DNA from: Candidatus Woesearchaeota archaeon
GTDB lineage: Archaea > Nanobdellota > Nanobdellia > Pacearchaeales > GW2011-AR1
NCBI GenBank assembly: GCA_964403535.1
Contig: CAYOFN010000001.1
Location: 2,003 to 66,002, forward strand
Length of the DNA: 64,000 bases
Reading direction: 5' to 3'
In this document: positions 46,358 to 56,455 of the stretch, in pieces
Layout: the number at the start of each line of letters is the position of its first letter
Position numbering within the stretch: the stretch's first letter is position 1
The notes under the pieces: generated by a model
The model's input: the letters and a program-made list of their open reading frames with translations, nothing else
The model's database searches: none
Told to the model about the DNA's origin: nothing
Program-made: the position numbers and the translations under genes

Positions 46358-47812
46358 ATGATTAAAATGGCAGAAATACAAAAAATATCAGAGATTATTG
46401 AAGAAATAAGCCCTTTTTATAAAAAGAGGAAAAGTGCAAAAGTAGACAAGGTTCCAGCTCAGAAGTTTGAAATTCAGTATGATTCAAGTTCAGAAACTCT
46501 TGAACCAATCTACTTCTGGATTCTAGATAAATCAAATGAATTTTTCAAAAAAGTAGATAAACTCGTTGATAATTTTGCTTCTTCTCCAGGAGGCGGGCAT
46601 TTTGCAGAAATGGGCGCAAGAGCAACAAGAATGCAGGAAGAAGGAATGAAAGTAATGCAGACCATTGGAGTTTTAATAAAAAGTCTGGTAAATCTTATTT
46701 ATGACTTAAAAGATTTTGAAACAAGACTAAGCCTCTATAGACTACTAAACTCAAAAAACAAACAAGAGTCTGAATCAGCTTTTCTCTCACTTAAACAAGT
46801 TTGGTTGGATAATGTTGATATAAAAAGAGGAAATACAAGCATTAAAGCAATGACTTTCTCACAAGCAGCTTTTGTAACTCTTATAGATGCATTTATGGCT
46901 GCAAAATCAGAAAAATCAGTTGATAGTCTTGAATTAAATGAAAGAGTTAAAAGGCTGTTAAAACCAAGACTACTTGAATTCTCCAGCTGGCTTAAACTAA
47001 GTGAAAGAGAATTAACCAAAAGATATGAAATAGAAAAATCCTGGCTAAAGAGCCAGGTTAATTCTCTTCAGCTCTACACTCAGTGGGCAAAACCATATTT
47101 AAGAGCAGCACAGGACTTGTCAATGCAAAATTCAAAAAGTGCATCTCTTGTAAAAGCATTTAACACAATTGTAATCGAACTCACTCTCTTTGGTTCATCA
47201 GAAGTAGACCTTAAACAGGCAGTTTATGATAAAGACCTGCCACAGAGTCTGATAAACTACAATAAAAGAAAATACTACTCCTGCGTTGTAATTGATTTTA
47301 ATTTTAGAGGAATTCCTCAAAAAGCAGGACAGCACTATGTTTTTGGAGGAAAAGTAAATGTAATCTTTAAAGCCTACTGCCTAAATGAAGATGAAATTAT
47401 TCTTCTCAAAGAAAAATTAAAAGAATCAGACTTAGAAACTTCCCTCTCTTTTATAGAAGGAGCAACCACAGAATCTCTAAACCAGTTAAAAGAAGATATA
47501 GAATATTTTCTAAAACCTCTTGAAGAAAGACAAGAAGAAGCAAAAGAAAAAAGCAAAGGTGAAGATGTAAACCCCTTCATGGAATTATTTGGATTCTTAA
47601 AACCCTCAAAAAAGAAAAAAGAAAGCAAAAAATCAACAAAAGAAGATAAGAAACTTGCATTATTAAAAGAAAAAGGAGTAAAAAAAGATGATTATCTTGA
47701 AGGAGTTATAAGAACCCTTGGAGAGAAAGGAGCAGGAAATAGCTGTTTTAAACTATTTGATATTTATAAAAAATCTCATGGAATGGCATCAGTTCCTTTT
47801 CTTGATGATTAA
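46358..47812 (+). CDS. Hypothetical protein (484 aa, largely helical)
   Basis: Long ORF with normal codon use; no family recognised. Confidence 0.8.
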   Translation: MIKMAEIQKISEIIEEISPFYKKRKSAKVDKVPAQKFEIQYDSSSETLEPIYFWILDKSNEFFKKVDKLVDNFASSPGGGHFAEMGARATRMQEEGMKVMQTIGVLIKSLVNLIYDLKDFETRLSLYRLLNSKNKQESESAFLSLKQVWLDNVDIKRGNTSIKAMTFSQAAFVTLIDAFMAAKSEKSVDSLELNERVKRLLKPRLLEFSSWLKLSERELTKRYEIEKSWLKSQVNSLQLYTQWAKPYLRAAQDLSMQNSKSASLVKAFNTIVIELTLFGSSEVDLKQAVYDKDLPQSLINYNKRKYYSCVVIDFNFRGIPQKAGQHYVFGGKVNVIFKAYCLNEDEIILLKEKLKESDLETSLSFIEGATTESLNQLKEDIEYFLKPLEERQEEAKEKSKGEDVNPFMELFGFLKPSKKKKESKKSTKEDKKLALLKEKGVKKDDYLEGVIRTLGEKGAGNSCFKLFDIYKKSHGMASVPFLDD

Positions 47813-47834
47813 TTCTAAATTAAAACCTTAAAAA

Positions 47835-48416
47835 ATGGTTGAGAAAAAAAATAAAATTAAGGAGATTCGAGAAATAAAACCAGATATGAATATAATTAAT
47901 CGAGAACCAGAACAAGATTTTGATGACTCAGAAGATCTTGATAATTTTCAGGATTTTGATGATTTTCAGGATTTTTCTTCTTCAGGAAATTTTGTAGCAC
48001 CAGTTCTTTCAGAATCTGAATCTCCTGTCACCCTTGAACATACAGCAGAATCTTTACCCTCTCCAACTCCTTCATCTTTATCTCAACAAAATAAAGACAT
48101 CCCCTACTCTGAATTCTCAGTATACGAGCAAGACAGAGCAAAATACGAGCAAGACACAGGAACAAGAAGAGACTTTTCCCTTGATGATACTCGAGATACA
48201 GGCAGATTTGAAGGATTTGATGCAGGGCTTCTTCCACCCTCTTCTTCACCAATTTCAAGAGGTTCATACCCAGGAGATAATTCTTCCTTCTCTCATCAGC
48301 TTAGTTCTCAGCAAGAGAGTGATGGGCTTAGAGAAAAACAATCATTTGAACAAGAACAAAGGAGATATGAACAAGATTCACGGGAAAGAGAGAGAAGAAA
48401 ATCAAGAGCAGCATAA
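47835..48416 (+). CDS. Acidic, probably disordered hypothetical protein
   Basis: D/E/S/Q-rich, short FQDF repeats. Confidence 0.7.
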   Translation: MVEKKNKIKEIREIKPDMNIINREPEQDFDDSEDLDNFQDFDDFQDFSSSGNFVAPVLSESESPVTLEHTAESLPSPTPSSLSQQNKDIPYSEFSVYEQDRAKYEQDTGTRRDFSLDDTRDTGRFEGFDAGLLPPSSSPISRGSYPGDNSSFSHQLSSQQESDGLREKQSFEQEQRRYEQDSRERERRKSRAA

Positions 48417-48635
48417 TTCTTTTCAGAGAAATAAAAACAAAACCCTTAATCTAACCTCTTACTTTAATAAGTATACCCTCTTAAACTTATTAATAATTCT
48501 AGTTTTACTCCACTCCCTTTATCTTTTTAATAACCCTCTCAATTATTAGACAGACTAGTATTTAGCTTATTAAAAGAACATAAGTTAAATATTTAAACTA
48601 ATTTTACTATTTTTAATAAGTAAAAAAGAGATAAA

Positions 48636-50429
48636 ATGGCATCTTATGAATTTATTTACAGCGGAACAAATTACCCTTTAGAACCTTCTTCACATTCAGT
48701 ATACTCCGGAGCGACTGGATATTCCATGCGCCTCTCTGAACTTTCTCAAGCTACAGACCCAAGAACTGCAAATCAGTTAAAAGAAGCTTCAGAACATTTT
48801 AACACAGGTGTAAAAAATATTGAACTCTCTCCAATTGACCCGAGTGTTTTTGAGTCTATTCCTAAAGACCATCTTAAAGAAATTCACAGGCTCGCAAAAT
48901 TAACAGGTGCAGAAATTAGCCTTCATGCTCCAATGATAGACCCCTCAGGCATAACTGAGCACGGATGGAATGAAATCAATCAGGGCATGGCAGAAAGGCA
49001 GTTATGGTCAGCTGTAGAAAGAAGTCATGATCTAAACCCAAAAGGAAATGTCCCAGTTACAATGCATGCATCAACTGTCCCTCTTCCCCCAGCTGTCTTT
49101 AAAATTAAAGGAGAAGATGGAGAAGAAGTAGAATCAGTTCTTCTCATAGACCCAAATGGTACTTTAAAGCAAATAAGAAAAAAAGAAAAATTCTTTCCAA
49201 CAGAAGAAGGCACTCCTTCTAAAAAATTCGAACCTGAAAAGGAAATAAAAAGAGCAAACAAAGAAAATTGGATTGAATCACTCGGACAAGTAAATCTTTA
49301 TGCTCAGAGAGGAAATGAGATTATCAGAGAAATGCAGGAGAAATTTGGCGCCCTCTCTCAAATAAAAGAAATAGAAAAAGACAATAAAAGCATCGGAAAA
49401 TTGCAAGAGGGGATTAAAAGAAATCTCTCTCACGGAGCACTTTATCTAAGAGATTCATACCGGACTCTAAAAGAGTTATATGACTTAGCTTATAAAAATG
49501 CAAATTCTGGAGACAAACAAAAAATGAATGCATTTGCACAAAGAATCTCTCCTCATGTAAAAAAATTTGAAGGGATTGTAGAAGACCCAAAAGAACTGAA
49601 ATTATTTTCAGATTTAATTGAAGATGGATTAGACACTTTAAAAAATGTTCAGGATCCACAGATTCTTAAACCCCTAAGAGAGTTTGCAATAGACAAAGCA
49701 TCAGATACAGTCTCTGAACTTGCTCTCAAATCACATAAAAAGTTTGGTTCTACAGCTCCAATAATCAGTCTTGAAAATCATCCAGCTCAGACTTCAACTC
49801 TGACAAGAGCAGAGGATTTAAGAGATGTTATTAAATCTGCCAGAAAAAAATTCATTGAAAAAGCAAAGAAAGATGGAATTGGTTCAGGAGAAGCTGAAAA
49901 AGCAGCTGAAAAATTGATCGGGGCAACATGGGATGTAGGGCATATAAACATGCTGAGAAGATATGGATATGAAAAAAAAGATATTATTAAAGAATCAGAA
50001 AAAATTGCTCCCTTTGTTAAGCATATACACCTCTCTGATAATTTTGGACATGAGCATACAGAACTTCCAATGGGTATGGGAAATGTTCCTATTAAAGAAA
50101 TACTTCAAAAGCTAGGAAAAGAAGGATTTAATGCAAGAAAAGTTATAGAAGCAGGAAACTGGTGGCAGCATTTTTCACCTGGAGGAAAATCAAACCCCCC
50201 CTTAATGCCCACCTTAAAAGCTTTTGGCTCTCCCCTTTATAGTATGTATATGCAACCAGCATGGAGGCAGACAGAGGATATCTCAGGAGGATACTTTATT
50301 GGGCAAGGAGCTATAAATCCAGAGTATCATCACTCAATCTACGGAGCAGGGTTTACAAATCTCCCAAAAGAACTTGGCGGACAGATGCCTGGAGGAGCTT
50401 CACGAGCAACAGGAACTCCAATGGCATAA
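48636..50429 (+). CDS. Xylose-isomerase/AP-endonuclease-2 family TIM-barrel protein with a large helical insertion
   Basis: SLHAP, TMH, SLEN, TWDVGH, HIHLSDNFG..H..LP.G.G, VIE. Confidence 0.75.
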   Translation: MASYEFIYSGTNYPLEPSSHSVYSGATGYSMRLSELSQATDPRTANQLKEASEHFNTGVKNIELSPIDPSVFESIPKDHLKEIHRLAKLTGAEISLHAPMIDPSGITEHGWNEINQGMAERQLWSAVERSHDLNPKGNVPVTMHASTVPLPPAVFKIKGEDGEEVESVLLIDPNGTLKQIRKKEKFFPTEEGTPSKKFEPEKEIKRANKENWIESLGQVNLYAQRGNEIIREMQEKFGALSQIKEIEKDNKSIGKLQEGIKRNLSHGALYLRDSYRTLKELYDLAYKNANSGDKQKMNAFAQRISPHVKKFEGIVEDPKELKLFSDLIEDGLDTLKNVQDPQILKPLREFAIDKASDTVSELALKSHKKFGSTAPIISLENHPAQTSTLTRAEDLRDVIKSARKKFIEKAKKDGIGSGEAEKAAEKLIGATWDVGHINMLRRYGYEKKDIIKESEKIAPFVKHIHLSDNFGHEHTELPMGMGNVPIKEILQKLGKEGFNARKVIEAGNWWQHFSPGGKSNPPLMPTLKAFGSPLYSMYMQPAWRQTEDISGGYFIGQGAINPEYHHSIYGAGFTNLPKELGGQMPGGASRATGTPMA

Positions 50430-50478
50430 CTACCAAAAACATTTAAATATATCAAAATTAATAACTAAGTATAAAAAG

Positions 50479-51369
50479 ATGGTGAAAAAAATAGATAAAT
50501 TAGATTCTGAAAAAGTTATTTCTAAAAAACCACTTGAAAAACCAAAAAAAATCCAGAAACCAGACGCAAAACAATATCCTACTGTTACTCTTATTGATGA
50601 ACATGAAATAGCTATGGATTTTGCAAATAAAGTTTATAAAAAATTTGACAAAATGGTTAAATCAGTTATTTTATTTGGTTCTTCAATAAAACATACTTCA
50701 AATTCAACAAGTGATATAGACATAATTATTCTTTTGGATGACTCTTCAATTAAATTCGACCAGGAGTTAATGGCATGGTACAGAGAAGAACTTGGAAAAA
50801 TAGTTCAATCAAATCCTTACAATAAAGAGCTTCATATTAATACAGTAAGGCTTATTACCTGGTGGCAGGATTTGCTAAGAGGAGACCCAATTGTAATAAA
50901 CATCATAAGATACGGAGAGTCTCTTATTGATTTTGGAGGATTTTTTTCTCCTCTTAAATTTCTTCTTCAAGAAGGAAAAATTCGTTCTACTCCTGAAGCA
51001 GTTTATGCTGCACTTCAAAGAGCACCTCAGCATTTAATGAGAAGCAAGCAAGCAGAAATAGGAGCAATCGAAGGAGTATACTGGGCAATGGTAGACTCAG
51101 CTCACGCATTATTAATGTCAGCAAAAATTCTTCCACCTTCACCAGAGCATATACCGATTCTTCTGAAAGAACATTTTGTTGACAGAGGAATTTTAAAAAT
51201 GAAATATGTAATTTGGTATAGGGATTTATATGTTCTTCATAGAAAAATAATTCACGGAGAAATAAATGATTTAAAGGGACAGGATATTGATGACTGGCAG
51301 GAAAAAACAAATGAATTTATGAGAAAAATGGCTGAGATTATAGATAAAATAATAAAAGCAGAAGATTAA
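50479..51369 (+). CDS. Pol-beta-type nucleotidyltransferase fused to a HEPN-like helical domain
   Basis: LFGS...SDIDIIILLDD; YWAMVDSAHALL...PPSP; ATG 50479 preferred. Confidence 0.8.
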   Translation: MVKKIDKLDSEKVISKKPLEKPKKIQKPDAKQYPTVTLIDEHEIAMDFANKVYKKFDKMVKSVILFGSSIKHTSNSTSDIDIIILLDDSSIKFDQELMAWYREELGKIVQSNPYNKELHINTVRLITWWQDLLRGDPIVINIIRYGESLIDFGGFFSPLKFLLQEGKIRSTPEAVYAALQRAPQHLMRSKQAEIGAIEGVYWAMVDSAHALLMSAKILPPSPEHIPILLKEHFVDRGILKMKYVIWYRDLYVLHRKIIHGEINDLKGQDIDDWQEKTNEFMRKMAEIIDKIIKAED

Positions 51370-52037
51370 TCTTCTCCTTTAACTCTTTTTCCTATCTCTA
51401 CATATACGCTTTTTCTGTCTTCTTCATTATAAGCTCTGACATTTTCAGTAAGATATTCTCTCATTTTTCCTAGATCATACTCTCCTTTCTTGCCTTTCTT
51501 TTTAAATGAATCTAAAAATTCGTTTCTTAATATAATCATTGTATCTTTCATAAGAACTTTTATACTTTCTGAACCAGTATCCATCTCTTCCTTTACTGCA
51601 TCTCTAACTACTGAATTTGAGATACTTTCTAAGAATACTTCAGTATCTCCTGCTCTTAATCTAATATAATTTTTATGTTTCTTTATTGTTTTAGCATCTC
51701 CTGCTTTAGGAACAATTCCCTCTGCAACAAGTTCAACTAAATCTTTTTGAGGAACATGATTTAATGCTGTTTCATAATCTCTTTCAACAGCCTGAGCAAG
51801 TGCTAATCCATCACTTAAATGATATCCATTCACTTGGTTTGCAGTTTGTGCAGGACTTCTTTTTAGCATCAATTGCATCTGAGCATTTGTAACCTCTCCT
51901 CCACCATATCTAACCAAATCATTAATTGGTTCATCTGGAGTTTGATAAGCTCTATTGCTCTGAGGATTTAATCCATCTCTGATTCTTTCAATCTTTCTAA
52001 ACTTTTTCCCTGCTTTGACAATTTGTTCTAAAGGCAT
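51366..52037 (-). CDS. Hypothetical protein
   Basis: 223-aa ORF, no recognised motif. Confidence 0.7.
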   Translation of the reverse strand: MPLEQIVKAGKKFRKIERIRDGLNPQSNRAYQTPDEPINDLVRYGGGEVTNAQMQLMLKRSPAQTANQVNGYHLSDGLALAQAVERDYETALNHVPQKDLVELVAEGIVPKAGDAKTIKKHKNYIRLRAGDTEVFLESISNSVVRDAVKEEMDTGSESIKVLMKDTMIILRNEFLDSFKKKGKKGEYDLGKMREYLTENVRAYNEEDRKSVYVEIGKRVKGED

Positions 52038-52161
52038 TTTATTCCTTGATTTTTATTAATATGAAGACTAAAAAAGAGTATATAAATCTTTCTATCTTGT
52101 TACTCCTATTAAGATACAACATATAGAAAGATTTAAAAACTTCTCCCTTTAATAATATAAT

Positions 52162-52395
52162 ATGATAAAAAACAAACAAGAGATACGTCATTATGTAGGA
52201 GCAGGAATAACAGCAGTAACATGCTTAGGAAGCGCATGTTTAGTAGAATATACATTTAATAATGGAGATTATGGACTCGGAATGTTAAATCTTCTCCCAG
52301 TAGCAATTAATCTTGCATCTTTTGCAATAAATTTTTCACGAGCATTAGACTTAACAAGAGCAAGAGGCGGATTAGAAAACCAAGTTACTAACTAA
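52162..52395 (+). CDS. Small 2-TM hypothetical protein
   Basis: TATA-like box about 25 nt upstream; two hydrophobic segments. Confidence 0.6.
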   Translation: MIKNKQEIRHYVGAGITAVTCLGSACLVEYTFNNGDYGLGMLNLLPVAINLASFAINFSRALDLTRARGGLENQVTN

Positions 52396-52411
52396 TAAAT
52401 TAAAAAAATAT

Positions 52412-55171
52412 CTAAAATATATTCAAAACCTCATCATCTTCATCTTTCTTTTCATTAATATCATCAACAACCTCATTAATTCCTTCATCATTTTCCTCTT
52501 CTTTATCTCTTAAATCTTCTCTTTCTATAGATATTCCTTCTTCAATCTTTTCTCTTTCTTCTTCTCTCCCCTCCTTTGCTTCTTCAGATTCTTCAACTTT
52601 ATCCTGAATCTTCTCTTCTATGCTCTCTAAATCATCAACTTTTTCAATCTGCTCTTTTTCCTCTTCTTTATTCTCACCTTGCGGAGTAAAAACATCAAAC
52701 CCTAATTCAATATTAGGAAATTCAACTGCTCCTTCCCCCTCTTCTGTTTCTTTAACATGAGATAAACCCATTTCAGGAAGATTGCTCTCTTCCTCTTTTA
52801 CAAATCTTTCTGACTCTTCTCCTTTTTCCATTTCTCTTGAATACTCCTTAACTCCTGTATCTTTTCCCTCTACTCTCTCTTCTTCTTTTAAGTTTCCTTT
52901 TCCTACATTCTCCTCTAGACTCTTAACTAATTTTGAGATTTCATAAGCCATATCTGCATTAACAGAAATACTATTAATCCCTTTCTCAATTAAGTACTTT
53001 ACCATTTCAGGATTGCTTCCAGCCTGTCCACAGATGCTTGTTTCTACATCAAACTCTTTACAAGTCCTTATTACTCTTGAAATTTCTTTTAAAACAGCAG
53101 GATTCATTTCATTGTAAATATACTGGACATTTTCATTGCCCCTGTCAATTGCAAGAGTATACTGAGTCAAATCATTAGTTCCAAATGAAATAAAATCTAT
53201 GCCAACCTCACACAATTCCTTAATTATCATGCATGCAGCAGGAGTTTCAACCATTATCCCAAAATACATATTTTTTGTTTTAAATTTTTCAAATATCTTC
53301 TTTGTTTCTTTTACTTCTTCAACAGAAATAACCTGCGGAAACATTAACCCAAACTTTTTATTCTCGTTTTTTAAAGCAAGGTTTCTGACAGCCTGCAATT
53401 CTGCTTCAAAAAGCCCTTTGTTTTTAAGACTAAATCTTATCCCGTGAAATCCAAGCATTGGATTTGCTTCAACTTCTTTAGGAGAACCCTGAAGATTTCT
53501 ATATTCATCACTTCTTATATCACTTGTTCTTATCCATACTCCTTCAAAATGATTAGATATTTTTTCAATTCCTCTTTCAATTAATTTTTCATACTCTTCT
53601 AATTTGTCCTCAGCCAAGAACATCATTGGATGTTTTCCAGAACTTGCAATTATCCCTTCTAATCTTATTAATCCAACTTCCTTTACTTCTGATTTAGCAG
53701 CTCTCTCTGCAAAATCAGGCAAGTCTATCATAACCTTTATTTTTGTTTTTGTTTCTACAACAGGAAGGATTTCTTTTTTTATAATCTCCTTGCTTCCTCC
53801 TTCATAAACCCTTCCCTTGCTTCCATCAACAGTGATGATCATTCCATCTTTAAGAATCTCTGTAGCTGTTTCTGTGCCCACAACTGCAGGAATTCCCATC
53901 TCCCTTGAAACAATTGCAGCATGAGCAGTTATTCCTCCTTCATTTGTAACAATAGCAGAAGCTTTTTGCATGCTTAATACCATATCAGGATTTGTCATTT
54001 CAGTGACTAGAACATCTCCTTCTTTTATCTTAGACAAATCATTTAAAGAGTGAACAATCCTAACTTTCCCGCTTCCTCTTCCTGGTGAAGCAGGCAGTCC
54101 TGTAAGCAAAACTTTTCCCTCAAACTCTTCTTCTGAACTCTCAACAAACTTAGTGGTGATTGGTCTTGACTGAACAATAAAAATCTCCCCAGAATCAATA
54201 GCAAATTCAATATCCTGAGTTTTTTTATAATGCTGTTCTATCTTGATTGCCTGATTTGCCAAGTCCAGAATTTGGGAATTAGTTAAAACAGGTGATTTAC
54301 TTTTAACTTCAGTAAGCTTTACTTCTTCTTGTTTACCAGAAGAGTGTCTGACTAAAGCTATCTTCTTACTGGATATTTTTTTCTCAAGTATTTTTAATTC
54401 TCTAGATACTTCATAATGGTCTGGCTTAATTCTTCCTGAAACAATTCCCTCACCTAAACCAAACACTGCTTCAATAACAATATTATCCTCTTTATTTACA
54501 GGGTCTGAAGTAAACATTACTCCTGACTTGTCTGAATTAACCATTTTCTGAATTACTACTGCTAACAAAGATTTTTTATGCTCAAATCCTCGTTTCATTC
54601 TGTAGAAAATCGCTCTTGCAGTATAAAGAGAAGCAAAACATTTTTTTACACTCACAATTAATTCTTTTTCTCCTTTAACATTTGTAAAGCTTTCTTGTTG
54701 TCCTGCAAAACTAGCATCAGCCAAATCTTCAGTAGTAGCAGAGCTTCTTACAGCAACAAATATTGGCTCATGCGAATTTCTTAAAATCTCCAGTGCATCA
54801 CCCTTAACTCTTGTTTTATCGTAATCTGTCCCAAGGATTTCATATGCCTCTAACATCTCTTTTTCCAACTCTTTTGGAATCTCTACTTTAACAACCATCT
54901 CCCTTATTTTCTTTGCTTTTTCTTCAAGTTCAGCAGTCTTATCAACATCCACACTCTCAAGAATTTCATGAATTTTAGTTTTTAAATCAGTTTTTGAAAT
55001 AAAATAATCAAATGCCTGAGCTGTAACAACAAATCCATTAGGAACCTCTATCTGGGCATTGTACATCTCTCCAAGATTTGCACCCTTTCCTCCAGCAAGT
55101 GGAATATCTTTTTTAGATAGTTCTGAAAACCAGAGAATATACCTTCCCTCCTCTTTTTGTTTCTGCATCAC
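52412..55171 (-). CDS. ppsA: Phosphoenolpyruvate synthase with a long acidic C-terminal tail
   Basis: GGKGANLGE, AVRSSATTED...SFAGQ, GGITAHAAIVSRE, EANPMLGFHG, SFGTNDLTQ, SICGQ. Confidence 0.96.
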   Translation of the reverse strand: MMQKQKEEGRYILWFSELSKKDIPLAGGKGANLGEMYNAQIEVPNGFVVTAQAFDYFISKTDLKTKIHEILESVDVDKTAELEEKAKKIREMVVKVEIPKELEKEMLEAYEILGTDYDKTRVKGDALEILRNSHEPIFVAVRSSATTEDLADASFAGQQESFTNVKGEKELIVSVKKCFASLYTARAIFYRMKRGFEHKKSLLAVVIQKMVNSDKSGVMFTSDPVNKEDNIVIEAVFGLGEGIVSGRIKPDHYEVSRELKILEKKISSKKIALVRHSSGKQEEVKLTEVKSKSPVLTNSQILDLANQAIKIEQHYKKTQDIEFAIDSGEIFIVQSRPITTKFVESSEEEFEGKVLLTGLPASPGRGSGKVRIVHSLNDLSKIKEGDVLVTEMTNPDMVLSMQKASAIVTNEGGITAHAAIVSREMGIPAVVGTETATEILKDGMIITVDGSKGRVYEGGSKEIIKKEILPVVETKTKIKVMIDLPDFAERAAKSEVKEVGLIRLEGIIASSGKHPMMFLAEDKLEEYEKLIERGIEKISNHFEGVWIRTSDIRSDEYRNLQGSPKEVEANPMLGFHGIRFSLKNKGLFEAELQAVRNLALKNENKKFGLMFPQVISVEEVKETKKIFEKFKTKNMYFGIMVETPAACMIIKELCEVGIDFISFGTNDLTQYTLAIDRGNENVQYIYNEMNPAVLKEISRVIRTCKEFDVETSICGQAGSNPEMVKYLIEKGINSISVNADMAYEISKLVKSLEENVGKGNLKEEERVEGKDTGVKEYSREMEKGEESERFVKEEESNLPEMGLSHVKETEEGEGAVEFPNIELGFDVFTPQGENKEEEKEQIEKVDDLESIEEKIQDKVEESEEAKEGREEEREKIEEGISIEREDLRDKEEENDEGINEVVDDINEKKDEDDEVLNIF

Positions 55172-55270
55172 TAAGAAAACTTAATGGATTATTTAAACTT
55201 TATTAATCTATATACTCTTAAGAAAAAAAGGTTGAGATTATATAAAAAACTAAGAAGAGTAAGATTCACC

Positions 55271-55825
55271 CTACTTCTTTATCAAAGCAGTATCTTCAAA
55301 AACAACTTTCGTCTTGCACGGAAATTTAGGTAAAGTCTTTCTTATAACATCTTTTATAAAATTAAGATTTTCTTTATTATTAAATGCCATAATAAATATT
55401 TCTTTTCCTTTTTTTACCTGCGCAGCTCTTCCCTCACTCTTTCCAAAGGAGTGCTTCATTCCAGACTGAACTCTCTCTCCTTTACTGCTTCCAGAAAAAA
55501 CTTTATTATTTCTGAGTATATGATGAGGATAAGTCTTGCAGGCTAAAAAATAGTCTGATTGTAACTTTTTTTCAAGTTCTTTATGAATCAACTGTCTTGA
55601 AGCTTCCAGAGCTAAATCTCTTATTAAAATATCTCTTCCAGCAAGAATTCTCAGTCTATACTGAAATCCTCCACTCTCAAATTTCTGTATATTACCCATA
55701 AAAAACTTAACTATCTTTTGAGGAGGAACAGTCTTAATATAATTCTTGCTTTTTTTCTTAGACCTTCGGGTATAAGGAGTAACTTTTCTTTTTGAATAAG
55801 CAAGTGCTTTTCTTTTTCCAACCAT
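55271..55825 (-). CDS. rpl10e: 50S ribosomal protein uL16 (L10e)
   Basis: ALEASR, YPHHILR.NK, GERVQSGMKHSFGK. Confidence 0.95.
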   Translation of the reverse strand: MVGKRKALAYSKRKVTPYTRRSKKKSKNYIKTVPPQKIVKFFMGNIQKFESGGFQYRLRILAGRDILIRDLALEASRQLIHKELEKKLQSDYFLACKTYPHHILRNNKVFSGSSKGERVQSGMKHSFGKSEGRAAQVKKGKEIFIMAFNNKENLNFIKDVIRKTLPKFPCKTKVVFEDTALIKK

Positions 55826-55826
55826 T

Positions 55827-56069
55827 TTATTTTTTCTCTCCTAATCTAGTTCTTTCAGGACAGTCCGTACCTCTAAGAATCTCACAATTTTGGTATTTCT
55901 TCATTGCCACTGATGCTTCTTCTCCAGTAAGTTCTGGGTCATTCATTGCTCTCCTCAATAAGTTGTACCTTTTGCATCTATCTCTGTGATCACAGGGTCC
56001 TATCTGAGGAGATTGTAGTAATATTCTTAATCCCTCTCCATCAATATATACCTGTCCTACGCAGCTCAT
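55827..56069 (-). CDS. Orphan Cys-containing protein between two ribosomal protein genes
   Basis: Fits the gap with a 1-nt spacer on each side. Confidence 0.65.
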   Translation of the reverse strand: MSCVGQVYIDGEGLRILLQSPQIGPCDHRDRCKRYNLLRRAMNDPELTGEEASVAMKKYQNCEILRGTDCPERTRLGEKK

Positions 56070-56070
56070 C

Positions 56071-56325
56071 TTACTTAATCTTAGCCTCCTGATTTACTGC
56101 TTGTCCTGGCAACCCTTTTTCAAATATAGCCCTGACAAGTCCTTTACTTCCATGAGCTGAAGAAATTTTCCCAGTTATAATCTTTCCAGCAGAGCTCTTC
56201 CATTCTACTTCTTTTCCTATAAACTTTGCAGTTTCCTCTCTATTCTTAGCTCCTACATCTATAATAAAATGTCTCGGCTTGTAAGTTTTTCTTCCTCTTC
56301 TAAATTGCATTATTACAGCTTTCAT
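56071..56325 (-). CDS. rpl35ae: 50S ribosomal protein eL33 (L35Ae)
   Basis: FRRG, IGK.V.W, GKI...HG..G.VRA.F..GLPGQA. Confidence 0.95.
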   Translation of the reverse strand: MKAVIMQFRRGRKTYKPRHFIIDVGAKNREETAKFIGKEVEWKSSAGKIITGKISSAHGSKGLVRAIFEKGLPGQAVNQEAKIK

Positions 56326-56455
56326 AGTAACCTTTAGAAAAAATAGGTTTTTAAATCTTGAGTTTTAACTCAATAGAATTAGTCTGATCTCTACGATTAC
56401 ACTCTGTAGAATTAAGTAACTTCAAAAGTAAACCTTCTTCTTTTAAACTTTAAAT

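Noticed and set aside
48034..48549. 171-aa alternative-frame ORF overlapping the acidic protein
   Set aside because: No clear start signal, and it runs into low-complexity intergenic DNA; the 47835 frame fits better.
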